Source: the human T2T-CHM13v2.0 reference genome, Homo sapiens
Assembly: GCF_009914755.1 (NCBI RefSeq)
Contig: NC_060947.1
DNA: 64,000 nucleotides
Direction: 5' to 3' (one strand)
Under the pieces are notes generated by a model that saw only the letters and a list, made by a program, of their open reading frames with translations, did not search any database and was not told the origin of the DNA. The position numbers were made by a program, and so were the translations under genes. Below are positions 1 to 15,695 of the stretch, in pieces (the first letter of the stretch is position 1; each line of letters starts with the position of its first letter).

Positions 1-609
1 CTCAGATGAAACACGTCCCAATGTGAGCCCCTAAGTGCCCCCACCCCACCCTGCTTTCAGACCCCACGTCTCTGAGTTAACCCCATCCTTGCATGTGTCC
101 ATGCCGGCCACCTGAGAACCATCCTGGGCCCCTCCTCTCCACCTCCAGTGCCCAATCTATCTATTGGCTCCATCTCCAAGTGCCTCAAATTCTTCTACTT
201 CTGTCGGTCTCCACCGCCACCACTCTAGCCCGTGTCCCCCTCTTTCTTCCCACACCTCAACTACTCTCCCTGGATTGCTCTGGCCCCACAGGAACCAGAG
301 AACTTTTCTTAAAACACAAATGTGCTTGCGATACTCTTCGACTTAAAATATTTATCCGGCAGAGTCTGCTAATTATCACCCGATACTCCCTTCCCATCCT
401 CATTTGGTAATAGAACCCCTGAGTTTCATCTGGGCAAATGGCCATCTGGCTAAGATGGCATTTCCTAGTCTCCCTTGCAACTAGATGGGGCCCCCTAACC
501 AAACTCTGGTCAATGGGATGTGGGCAGAAGTGGCCAATAGAATATGTTTGTGTTCTTAAAGGCAAGTCATGCGCACTCTGCTGCTCTTTTGTTTCTCCCC
601 ACTAACTAG

Positions 610-693
610 ACGGTGGATGTGATGGCAGAAGACAGAGACACCATTCTGGACCCCAAGATAGACGCTTCATGTTAAGGACGACAGAACAACAAG
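610..693 (+). CDS. CDKL5: CDKL5 long-isoform coding exon (classical exon 19), 84 bp
   Basis: AG acceptor at 608-609 and GT donor at 694 (AAG|GTAGAG). Phase-1 translation (D)[27 protein letters not shown](G) matches my recall of the CDKL5 long C-terminus and joins in frame to the next exon. Confidence 0.92.
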
Positions 694-755
694 GTAGAGT
701 CTGGGCCCCGCATGCCATCAAGCTGCCATAACGACCCTAGACTACTGAATGAAAC

Positions 756-1057
756 TTTTTTTTTTCCTTTCTGAGACAGAGTCTTGCTCTGTCGCCCAGG
801 CTGGTGTGCAGTGGCACACAATCTCGGCTCACTGCAACCTCCGCCTCCCAGGTTCAAGTGATTCTCCTGCCTCAGCCTCCTAAGTAGCTGGGATTATAGC
901 CACCTGCCACCATGCCCGGCTAATTTTTGTATTTTTAGTAGAGATGAGGTTTCACCATGTTGGCTAAGCTGGTCTTGAACTCCTGACCTCAGGTAATCTG
1001 CCCCCCCTCGGCCTCCCAAAGTGCTAGGATTACAGGCGTAAGCCACTGTGCCTGGCT
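756..1057 (-). mobile_element. Alu (S-like)
   Basis: Full-length Alu consensus in reverse; approximate TSD tgaatg(g)aact. Confidence 0.9.
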
Positions 1058-1521
1058 GATGAATGGAACTTTTAAGTGAGCAAGAAACACACTTCTACAT
1101 TAAGTCACTGTACTTTGGTGCTCTTTGTTACAACAGCATGAACATGTATGCTAACTAATACGCACTCAGGGTCCTCCCATTATCCCTACAGTACGGACCA
1201 CAGTCATTAACGTGGCTTCTAAGGTCCTGCACCATCTGACCTCCGCTTGCCTCTCCACCTTGTCTCACTTGTGCTTCAGGCTTGCTGCCCTGCTTATGTT
1301 CCCCATCCACACCCTGGAGGTATCATCCCGACTCAGGGCTTTTGCACCTGCTGTGCCCCACGCCTCTTCCCCTCCCTCACCTGGCCAACTTCAAGCCACA
1401 GGTCAAATATGTTTTCCTTAGAAAGCCTTCCCTGGCTGCATGGATGAGGTCTTTCTTCCTTCATCTCTCCCCCAGCACTCATAAGTACATTCTGTGTCAT
1501 TTGTTTATTAGAGAGGCCTAT

Positions 1522-1735
1522 ATTTTTTTTCATTTTTGAGACAGGGTCTCACTCTGTCGCCCAGGCTGTAGTGCAGTGGTGTGATCTCGGCTCACTGTAA
1601 CCTCCGCTTCCCAGGTTCAAGCAATTCTCCTGCCTCAGCCTCCTGAGTAGCTGGGATTACAGGCACGTGCCACCACGCCAGTTAATTTTTTGTATTTTTA
1701 GTAGAGACGGGGTTTCACTGTGTTGGCCACGCTGG
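1522..1735 (-). mobile_element. 5'-truncated Alu with 13-bp TSD, close to the RS1 exon 4 donor
   Basis: tagagaggcctat at 1509-1521 and 1736-1748. Confidence 0.88.
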
Positions 1736-1792
1736 TAGAGAGGCCTATTTTTTTTTAAAAGCACATGAAAAAAAATCCCCGGGCCCTGCTTA

Positions 1793-1954
<162 letters not shown>

Positions 1955-2657
1955 TCACATTCACACATATCTCAATACTCAACAAGCACCAGGTGACTGA
2001 AATAACAAAACAAACCCATCTGCTTTGCGCTTCGGAGACGGAGAAGGCTTTACCTGTCTCTGTGGTTCACAATGGGTACAGCTGTGTCTTCAACGGTTCA
2101 CTACTCACGCAAGAAAGGAATGAAGGATGAAGTAAAGGAATTGCCATAGAGACTCAACAGCCTTTGTAAAAGCAGAGGGAAGTGGCTCTATGGCAACTTC
2201 ACAAGGGGTGTGTGGAATTTTGAGAAATACTTCACCTCCTCCACCAACTTAGAGATCTAAAAACCAAGAGGTGCACAGTGAAATACCATATTTAAATGCC
2301 ATACATCTTTATTTCCCCCATTAACACAGATTTAGCCATCCTGCCTCATGACGTCAGGTCTCTTGTTGTCCTTGGGCAGCAGATCATGCCAATTATAGGG
2401 ACAAAACCACAGTGAGACGCAAGAAGGGCGATGACATATTGAGATATAGAGAATGACTTCCTACTTGTAAATTGCAGTTTTCTCACCAGTCTAATGAAAA
2501 AAAAAATGGGTGAAATGTGCTTGGGGGACTGTTGAGTGAGAAACAGCTAAAAGGAACTGCTTTTTCCCAGTGGTAGTACCCAAAGGTGGTTCTTCTGTGT
2601 TGATTGTCTCCCCCTTCCTCTCGTCTGTATGTCCCCTCACAGTAAAAACGGTGTTGA

Positions 2658-2765
2658 GGCTGGGCACGGTGACTCATGCCTGTAATCCCAGCTACTCGGG
2701 AGGCTGAGGCAGGAGAATCGCTTGAACCCGGGAGGCAGAGGTTTCAGTGAGCCGAGGTGGTGCCT
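2658..2765 (+). mobile_element. Alu fragment (left-arm start fused to right arm)
   Basis: ggctgggcacggtgactcatgcctgtaatcccagctactcgggaggctgaggcaggagaatcg. Confidence 0.8.
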
Positions 2766-2849
2766 GCAGTGGCAGGCACAGTGTCGAGTTACCTGGTCAG
2801 AGGCTGCCAATTTTCAACCCAGTATTCATTCATTCTCCCCTTCTTCTCC

Positions 2850-3145
2850 TTTTTTTTTTCTTTTGAGACAGGGTCTCGCCCTGTCCTAGGCTGCAGTGCG
2901 GTGCTGCTATGTCAGCCCACTGCAACCTCTGCCTCCTGGGCTCAAGCGATCCTGCCACCTCAGCCTTCTGAGTAGCTGGGACCACAGGTGCACACCACCA
3001 CACCCAGCTAATTTTTGTATTTTTTGTAGAGACAGGATTTTGCCATGTTCCCCAGGCTGGTCTTGAACTCCTGGGCTCAAGGGATCCACCTGCCTCGGCC
3101 TCCCAAGGCACTAGGGATTACAGGTGTGAGCCATCACACCCAGCC
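2850..3145 (-). mobile_element. Alu (J-like) within an MLT1-like LTR (about 2800-3810)
   Basis: Alu consensus; the flanks carry MLT1 motifs. Confidence 0.85.
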
Positions 3146-3305
3146 TCCCCTTCTTTTTGACTAAAGAGCTCTCCTTTTATTGGGAGCAGCAATGTAGCCA
3201 GCTGAATAAAGGGCCTTTCCCAGCCTCCTTTGCAGTTAGAAGTGCCCAGGTGACATAACTTCTGACCAGTGAGACATAAAGACTGCCTGCTGGGATTTCT
3301 GGTCA

Positions 3306-3710
<405 letters not shown>

Positions 3711-3840
3711 CTACCCCTAATTTTTTTTACCATGTGAGTTAAAACTCCTAAATCAATAAGCCAGTATTTAGGGGGTCTTGTGCTTATAACCAAACCCAGT
3801 TCCTAACTGAATTTCTACAGAAAACAAATGGCAAATATAT

Positions 3841-3955
3841 TTTCCTTTTTTGGTTAGAGACCTGGTCTCGCTGTGTCGCACAGGCTGGAGTGCTGTGGCG
3901 CAGTCATAGCTCTCTGCAACTCTAACTCCTGGGCTCAAGTGATCCTCCCACCTCA
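3841..3955 (-). mobile_element. Alu monomer (FLAM-like)
   Basis: Single Alu arm in reverse. Confidence 0.7.
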
Positions 3956-4507
3956 TTCTCCTAGTTTTCTGATGATGAATGATAAACTGCAATTAAGGCA
4001 AATCATAGTATTTTCTCCAGAATTTTTCAAAAGCCAGTAAAGTTGAATGAAACATGCTTGCAGAGACGGCCATGCCCTGTCCCCAGAGGCTAAAAACAGG
4101 CCAGCTTCAGACCTCTGGCCGGGGAGGCTTAACTTCCTTTCTGCCCCAATGCACGAAAGGAATAGGCCTGATCTCACTAGTATCTGCAGCTCTGTGGGTC
4201 TGAGGGTGAGGGCACAGAATTTGTAGTTTATTGAGTACTCAAGTACTCAAGAATGCAGTTTCCAGGACTCCACCCCAGAGCAATTGCATTTTTAACAAGC
4301 CAACTTTTGAAAGTGCACCTTGAAAACCTTGGCCTGCCAGGGAAGACATTCTTTCTGTGGGCTGGGGATCCCGAGGACTGAGTGCCTGCGGACTCGAGGG
4401 CTCCTCCCCCACCCGCGACACCCCTCCAGCTGGGAAGACAAGCCCGAGCGATCAGGGGGAGGGGCACAAGGCCAGGTGGCAGGGATTTTTCATGGGCAAA
4501 ATTCTAA

Positions 4508-5209
<702 letters not shown>

Positions 5210-5819
5210 TAGACCGGTGGGGCTCAGCCTGGGCTGTACCTCGGAATTGCCCGAGGAGCTGTAGAAATGCAGATGTTCAGGCCACACCCCCAGGGATTCT
5301 GACATCATTGGCCTGGGCATGGGGACAAAGCTGCAGGTGATTGTAATGGGCAGTCAAGGTCAAGCAGGCCTGCGTCCAGCCAATGACACCTGGGGTAGGG
5401 GCCCACCCTCTCAGCGTGTGCGCAGGCCAGTTGCTTAACCTCTCTGGGTCTCAGTCTCCTCATCTGTGAAATGGGGGCATGATGTAGTACCTGTCTTCAT
5501 AAAATTGCTGTAAGATTGAGTGAAACTATTTGGAGATTGTAGAGTTCGTAGAGCACAGCGTCTTGCCAAAAAGCAGCAGGTGCATGACATTGGTGGAGGT
5601 GAATTTGTGAGACTACGTTGATAACCTTCTTGAATTTTGCATGTTTTTCTGGCAAAGACTCAATAGGGAGGAAATCCATTGCCCCTCTATCCTACTCTGT
5701 TCTGTCCCCATTACCCTCCCCGTCCCCCCACCACCGCACCCCCCGCCACACCCTCCAGAGAATGAGGCCAGCTTCATGTGACTAATGAATGGTTTCGGCT
5801 GTCCTTGCCCCAGGCAGGA

Positions 5820-5823
<4 letters not shown>

Positions 5824-5899
<76 letters not shown>

Positions 5900-5918
5900 C
5901 ACAGAGAGAGACAGAGAG
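5824..5918. repeat. Compound (GT)n(GA)n microsatellite
   Basis: Directly visible. Confidence 0.95.
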
Positions 5919-6913
5919 GGATGTGAGAGAGAAACTTGTCGACAGCATCCCTTAAGCTTATGGACCTGGAAGATCTAGGCCTCACCAGGAATTAGCGCAT
6001 TGCCCAAGAGAAGGAGGTCACAGCCCCAGCTAAAGTAGCAGGGATGTGGTGAGGGCCTGAGCGCAGCAGAGAGGGACCTGATTCCCCTGAGGGGCTGGAC
6101 TGGGATGGGCTTGGGAGCCCTAAGCTCTGGGCACGCTCAGAAAACTTGGGAAGGTCCCTCGGACTGAGTATGGCTCAGAGGGAGAGGAGCCACCCATGAG
6201 ACGTCTGCCTTCCAATGGGGCTGTGGCCAGCCTGCCCTCGCAAGCTCGTGGGGGGTTCATGTAGTCTAAATAGGGAGAAAAGACCTTCAAAAATCCTGTC
6301 TGCACACTCCTCACAGGCCATTACAATGGGGCACTCCGGCTGGATTTCTTCTAACGTGGAAAAATAGAAAATGTGACATTTCCCACACTGTGTGTGTCCT
6401 GAAGAAGAGCACACTCCAGTTCTCTTATTGTGATTTTTCCTGACTTCTTCTTCCCCTTTCCTCTTCCTTCTGTGGGCCTGGTTGAGCTCTTTTCAGGTCC
6501 ACATGTGGCCTGCAGCCCTTCCCTGAGGCCATCCCCTCCCATCCACACCCCTCCGCCTGGCCCCCCATGCCTCAGCCTTCAGATCTCTGCCCGCCCTGAG
6601 CTGGCTGAGGGGCCCCAGGTGCTACCTCCCCAGCACCCTTCACACCTGTCACGCACCCCTCCTCCTCAGGCATACTTCACTGCCATCTCCCCTCGCCTGC
6701 CTCCCTCCCCATTCTCCCCCTAGCTGAGCAGAATGCCCACAGGTGCTGGGCACTCTCTAGGTATTGACTGGACAGATGGATGGAGAGATGAATGAACACA
6801 CACCATCGCCCCATCTTGGGTGGCCACTGGGGACAAGCATAGGAAATGGCATTTCGAAACAGGCAGCAGAGGCCTCAGGGAAGAAGTAGACACTGACTGC
6901 GACCTCTGGCCTA

Positions 6914-7282
<369 letters not shown>

Positions 7283-7853
7283 CTAAGGGGATCCTTATCA
7301 GACACACACAGAATATGACCTTCCCAAGTTTTCCACCCAGTGTCACTTTGCTGTTGCAGCTATTAGACCTGTTTCTATACTCATTTCACCCTTAGGGAAA
7401 AGCCTACATCTTCTGTGGCTCAAATGGCTCTTCTGAGCCATGATGTGATCATGAGATAGATAAAGGCATATTTGCAATATGTTACCAGCCCAAGGCTGTG
7501 TATATTTCATATTCTAGCCTTTTTACTTTAGTGGCTACTTTCTGAGTTTGTAGGCAGGCTTATAAAGAATGCAGATCTAAAGAAACACAGAATTCAGGGA
7601 CTTTCTTAACACAAGATTCCAGACAGATGTGAATAGTGTTATGCATAGATATTAGACTTGAATATATGTGACAATATAGTAGAGTACAGAAGAAAATATG
7701 TAGAATAATATTTCTGGAAGAATGGATCATAAGCTCAAGCATCATATAGAATAGAAAATCTAGAATCAAAAGGAACCATTAGCAAACCAGTAGATTTCTT
7801 ATACTTTTGATAATTTCCCTACCCTATTTTTTGCTCTCAGAGTGCCGGGGTAA

Positions 7854-8147
<294 letters not shown>

Positions 8148-8235
8148 CTTCTGCAAGCCTGCGGCTGGTCCCAATGCCCTGAATCACCTCTCTCATGGAA
8201 GAACCAATTAACACCAATGAATCAACCATTAACGC
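8148..8235 (+). other. CDKL5: Short 3'UTR of CDKL5 long isoform (end approximate)
   Basis: Follows the TGA. Only a variant signal AATGAA (8216-8221) is present, with a GT/T-rich tract near 8240-8257. Confidence 0.5.
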
Positions 8236-8289
8236 TGAGGTTGAGTTTTCCTTTCTGAAAATATCTGTGTTGTTAAGATCAAAAACCAG

Positions 8290-8638
<349 letters not shown>

Positions 8639-8751
8639 CTAAAAGAATTTCTAATTTTAGAACTTCAAGCTCATGACAGCTGTGTAGGGGAGACAGCTTT
8701 GGGGACCAGGGTCAATATCACATCCCTCAAACACATGACTCTTCTCTCTCT

Positions 8752-8959
8752 CTTTTTTTTTTTTTTTTGGTGGGGGGGACAGGGTCTCTGGCTGTTGCCC
8801 AGGCTGGAGTGCAGTGATACGACTATGGCTCACTGCAGCCTCAACCTCCAGGGCTCAAGCGATCTTCCCACCTTGGCCTCCCGAGTAGCTGGGACTGCAG
8901 GCATATGCCACCGTGCCCCCCCCATCTAGAGATGGGGTTTCGTCATGTTGCCCAGGCTG
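8752..8959 (-). mobile_element. Partial Alu (J-like)
   Basis: Right arm plus part of left arm, reverse. Confidence 0.8.
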
Positions 8960-9846
8960 CACATGGCCCTTTCTTGAAGTATCAAACTAGATTGGGTCGA
9001 TGAAGCCAATCCACATAAACAATGTCTTTTCAATTTCTTCTTAGACAGAACTTACTTGGAATGGAATTCCAGGAGGTCTCATGTCTCTAGTGAAAAGAAC
9101 ATTCGTTACCACTGAATGGTAAATTTCTCTAAGGTGGAGACAATGCCTTCATTTCTGTCTCCTTGTCAGTGCCTGACACATCATAGGCACATGTTGAAAG
9201 ATGGGTGAATTGAGTTATAAATGGATTATTAATGAGGGTGCGTCAGTATTGACTGAGCCAATCATACCAACATTTAATGGCTGCGTGAGCTCATGCCATG
9301 GAGCCTGAGGGGATGTCTGATAGGAAAAGCCCACCGGTTTCCTCACGATTGGGACCCCATAGTTCCCTTGGAAAACAAACTTAGTTCAGAAATGACTTCC
9401 CCTTCAGAAAATAGGAAAATCACGCAGTAGAAACCATTGTACCCTACCCTCCCACACACACATTGCAATTTGCTTTTTTAATGCATATTTAATGAAATAA
9501 TGAAAAGAGCCTCACACACAGACACACAAACCTGTCTCTTGTGAAGCTATTATTAGGCAATTGTGTAAAGTAAATGAAGTGGCACAATACCATCATAACC
9601 CTGGAGAGGCAGCAAGGCCGGTTTCATGCAAAACAAGCTCTGAGCATGGAAAGGATTTAAGCATTGCAAATATTTGCAGCGACTGCCCAAGCCTCTGAAA
9701 ATTGGATCTGCTCCCTCCCTCCTCAGTGTGTGAGCTCTTAGGAGGCTGGTAGGAAAGAAACCAACCTTTATTCAACAGTGTGCTAGTACCCCACAGGCTG
9801 CTTTAATGCCTCATCTTATTTATTCCTTGTTGACAACCCCGTAGAG

Positions 9847-10062
9847 CAGAGGTCAACAAACTATGACCCATGGGCCACATCTGGCCCTCTGCTTGTTTTG
9901 TAAATAAAGTTTTATTGGAACCCAGCCATGCTTGAGCATTTACATATTGTTTATGGCTGCTTTCCAAGACAAGAGCAGAATGGACTAGTTGTGACAGATT
10001 ATTTGGTCCACAAAGCCACAAATATTTCCTCTCTCCTCCTTTACAAAGTTTGCTGGCCCCTG
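9847..10062 (+). mobile_element. MER58-like hAT DNA transposon (non-autonomous)
   Basis: Imperfect TIRs cagaggtcaacaaact / agtttgctggcccctg and internal 'gtaaataaagttttattggaacccagccatg'. Confidence 0.8.
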
Positions 10063-10564
10063 TCTTAGACACAGGCTAAATCAGCTGCAGAACAAATTGG
10101 CCTGGAAATTTCAGAGGCTCCACAAAACACAGGTTTATTTTTCACTCAGGCAACTGGTCTACCGTGGGTAGGCAGGGAGTTCTGCTCCACGTGATCAGCC
10201 TGAGACCAGGTTGCAGAAAAAGCCACTATCTCAACAGGTGGCTTCACAGCAGGAAAGGGAGAGCTGAAGAGTTGAGTGCCAGCCCTTCAGTGCCATTTTC
10301 AAAGTGGCCTGCTCACCTTGGCTGTAGCTGTTTGGATGGCACCACCTGATTAATTACAAGGGGGCTGGGCAATGGGAGGGAAGCACATGGCTGTTTGGTG
10401 AGCAAGCAGTATCCAGGCATGGTGCTATCATCACCTCCATTGGACAGACAAGGAAAAAAGTGGCAGTCCCAGAGTTCAGATGTGACACAGCCAGGATTCC
10501 AGCCCTCATCTTCCTGGCTCTAGAGCCTGTGCTCTTTTCAAAATTCCAGGCTGCCTAGCATTAA

Positions 10565-10895
10565 TTTCTTTTCTTTTCTTTTCTTTTCCTTTTTTTTTTT
10601 TTTTTTTTTTTTTGAGACAGCCTCTCGCTCTGTCACCCAGGCCAGAGTGCAGTGGTACGATCACTGCTTGCTGCAACTCCGCCTCCCGGGTTCAAGCAAT
10701 CCTCCCACCTCAGCCTCCTGAATAGCTGGGACCACAGGTGCAAGCCACCACACCCGGATAATTTTTGTATTCTTAGTAAAGACAAGGTTTCACCATGTTG
10801 CCCAGGAGAGTCTCAAACTCCTGAGCTCAAGCAGTCCACCCGCCTCAGTCTCCCAAAGTGCTGGGATTACAGGCGTGGGCCACTGTGCCCGTCCT
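10565..10895 (-). mobile_element. Alu (J-like)
   Basis: Alu consensus, long T tract. Confidence 0.88.
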
Positions 10896-11255
10896 CCCAT
10901 TAATTTATTTTCAATCAGTCTCATTCATCGATTTCATTGAAAGTTAGATCCCATCGTACTATCCCAGCCTGGAGACATGGAGATCTAGGGAGCTGTTTCT
11001 GAACACTGACATCACGCCATGTGTTGAAGCAGGGGCCATTGTGAGATTCGAAGCTCAGAGGCCAACTGGAGAAAACCCGCATTAACATAGGCTTACTAAT
11101 AGTAATAAATAGTAATAAATACACACAGCTACCACTCATCTTTCATTCTAAAGATGGGGGTAGCGTTCAGGGGGTTAATTCAGCTGAGTGGGAAAAAGGA
11201 AGAGAAATGGGGTGTTCCCAATGACTGTTCCATCCCAAGGACAGGGGATACTCAC

Positions 11256-11361
11256 CTGGTATACAGTCCAAGGAGGTGGCACCTGCAGACCACAGAGCAT
11301 TGGGTCCTCCTTGGCAATCGCACTTGCATGCTTTTTGGTACCAGGGGTCCTCGCCTTCATC
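11256..11361 (-). CDS. RS1: RS1 exon 3 (106 bp, Cys-rich RS1 domain)
   Basis: gcAG acceptor and GTGAG donor. Encodes [35 protein letters not shown]. Confidence 0.97.
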
Positions 11362-11727
11362 CTGCAGCCAACCAGAGAGGCAGGGCAGAAAAGTCACGGT
11401 CAAAGGCAACTGTGGTTGCCCCCACGGAGTGATCACACTCAGTCCTTATGCATCGTCTATAGCAGCTTTGCTACAATGGCCAAATTGAGCTATTAATCCA
11501 GCCTCAATACACACAGCTACCACTCATCTTCCATTCTAAATAAGTAAAATGTCTGCCACCCTGGGCGACCAACTAATAATCTCACAGATACACCCATCTA
11601 GAGGGCACCGTTCACCCCATTATAGTTATCTTCAGGAGTGTGGGGAGCCCCAATCCAAGTTTAGACTCTTCACATCCCCTGGAAGTTCCTATGGGGAGAT
11701 AGATTCAAGATTGTGCCATCTGATTGA

Positions 11728-12147
<420 letters not shown>

Positions 12148-12242
12148 TAAAAACAAAGTGATAGTCCTCTATGTTATTTTTGGCTAGGAAAATTTTCAAA
12201 AGTACTATGCATGTACATTACAGCCTTCTTACTGTTACATAC

Positions 12243-12268
12243 CTCGGTAGACGATAATCCCAATGTGG
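12243..12268 (-). CDS. RS1: RS1 exon 2 (26-bp microexon)
   Basis: tttAG|CCACATTGGGATTATCGTCTACCGAG|GTATG encodes (A)TLGLSSTE, in frame between exons 1 and 3. Confidence 0.95.
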
Positions 12269-12492
12269 CTAAAGCAAAAGGATGAGACAGAAAAAATCTA
12301 ATTAATGAAAGAGAAATCCAACAGCATCACTCGTTACATGGAAAAGTGAAATAGAAATAGTCACATGAAAGCTACCAACACCCCTTCTGGAAGAAGTCAT
12401 GGTGAGTAAATATCTGCCAGGAAAAACATCCGCAGATGCTAAGAAGCTAGGGACAGTAAAATTAAACAGAAAGAACAAGATCATCATTATAG

Positions 12493-12811
<319 letters not shown>

Positions 12812-13028
12812 TTATAGAATTTTGGAAACTACATTAATGTAGCAAAGTGGACAGGGCAGGGAGAGGAAAACACCTGTATTTTTTACCACCAAAGCCAACA
12901 CTGTTAACATTTTAGTATAAATATTTCCCGTCATTTCCTGTCATTTTTCTATGTGTATTTTTAAATATATTTGAGAACTTGCTATCTAAACAGTGTTGTA
13001 TCCTGCTTTCCCTTTCATTTAACCCTAG

Positions 13029-13453
<425 letters not shown>

Positions 13454-13734
13454 TGATTCCCAGTTCCCTCACTGTGCCACAATTAGATGATTTAAGATTA
13501 AGACATTGTTTAGAAATTATTTTATAGGTTTGTCTATAATGTACAGGAAATATCAAACCACAATCAAAGTATAAGTACCATATACATAATGTGGGAAAAT
13601 TGAAAGTGTGCAAAATTTAACATAAAACTGACATATAAGCTCTCTTTATAGAAGCATGAATAAAGAGAATGAATTCACACTTTAGCAGGTAAAGAGTTTG
13701 CATATATTAGCAGAAACTGATGGTTTAAAGCTTC

Positions 13735-14237
13735 ACAGTCCAATGTAGTCATGACTAGTCCCATGTGGTATTGGAATTTAAATTAATTAAAATTGGCCGG
13801 GCGGGGTAGCTCATGCCTGTAATCCTAGCACTTTGGGAAGCTGAGACAGGCCGATCACTTGAGGTCAGGAGTTCGAGACCAGCCTGGCCAGCATGCTGAA
13901 ACCCTGTCTCTACTAAAAATACAAAAATCAGCTGGGCTTTGTGGCAGGCACCTGTAATCCCAGCCACCTGGGAGGCTGAGGCAGGAGAATCACTTGAAAC
14001 CCGGGTTGCAGTGAGCCGATATTGCACCACTGCACTCCAGTCTGGGCAACAGAGTGAGACTCTGTCTCAAAAAATAAAATAAATTAATTAAAATTATCAA
14101 AATAAAAAGTTCAATTCTTCAGTCAAGCCAGCCACATTTCAAGTGCTTCAGAGCCACATGAAACTAGTGGCTACCGTACTGGCTAAGAAGATACAGAACG
14201 TTTCTATCATCGCAGAAGGTTGCATTGGACACTGCTG
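13735..14237 (+). mobile_element. MER33/MER3-like hAT element interrupted by an Alu (+, 13795-14082)
   Basis: 'agccacatttcaagtgct...gtggctaccgtactgg...ttggacactgctg'. Alu TSD aaattaattaaaatt. Confidence 0.75.
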
Positions 14238-14248
14238 GTTTAAAGCAC

Positions 14249-15111
<863 letters not shown>

Positions 15112-15695
15112 TTCCCAGACATTTTGAACAAAACAAATACCTTTCTTTCTTTTCTGATGATAAAAAAATTTCCGACTAAACCTGAGTGTAAAAAATGGAA
15201 ATAAAAGTCCCTCCTTTAACCACTTTGCTATTTAAAAAGTGAATCTGATGCTCACAAAAAGCTTTTAGAAACCACACAAAGCCTTTATCATCACAATTAT
15301 AAAAGCTTGAATTTCAATAATACACATTTCCCTGTTCTGCAACCACTTTTTTTGTGTCCACTGTAGGCTTGGCGCTATACTAGGACTGGGCCTTCTGAAA
15401 TGGAAGCCTCACTCTCTGCTCACAAGGGGCTTGAGGACCCAGGAGAAGACAGGCCACTGGACCATGCCCATGGTGAGTACTTCGATGGGCTATGCAGGGG
15501 CTGCAGTGGGAGTGAAGCGCACATGTCTCTTAGCCTAGGAAGATTCAGGGCCACCCTCACCTGCAGCCACCACACTGCTGTCTCTCCTGGGCCCTTGTTC
15601 CACTGGTTACTCACCCGCTATGGGCAGAATTGACCTTCTCAAGTAGCAATGAAGGTTAGGGAGCGCCATCTTTGTAGCAGGCCACCAGAGTCCCT

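Larger units (their letters stand above)
385..1162 (+). mobile_element. Old MaLR LTR (MLT1 family) interrupted by an Alu; hosts CDKL5 exon 610-693
   Basis: MLT1-like motifs 'catttcctagtctcccttgcaactaga', 'ctggtcaatgggatgtgggcagaagtg', 'ggatgtgatggc' and terminal 'ttaagtcactgtactttggtgctctttgttacaacagc...ctaactaatac'. Confidence 0.7.

Noticed and set aside
11118-11540. 35-bp direct repeats read as CRISPR-like or as an insertion TSD
   Set aside because: Eukaryotic context, only two copies, 353-bp spacer containing a real RS1 exon. Kept only as a deletion-substrate finding.
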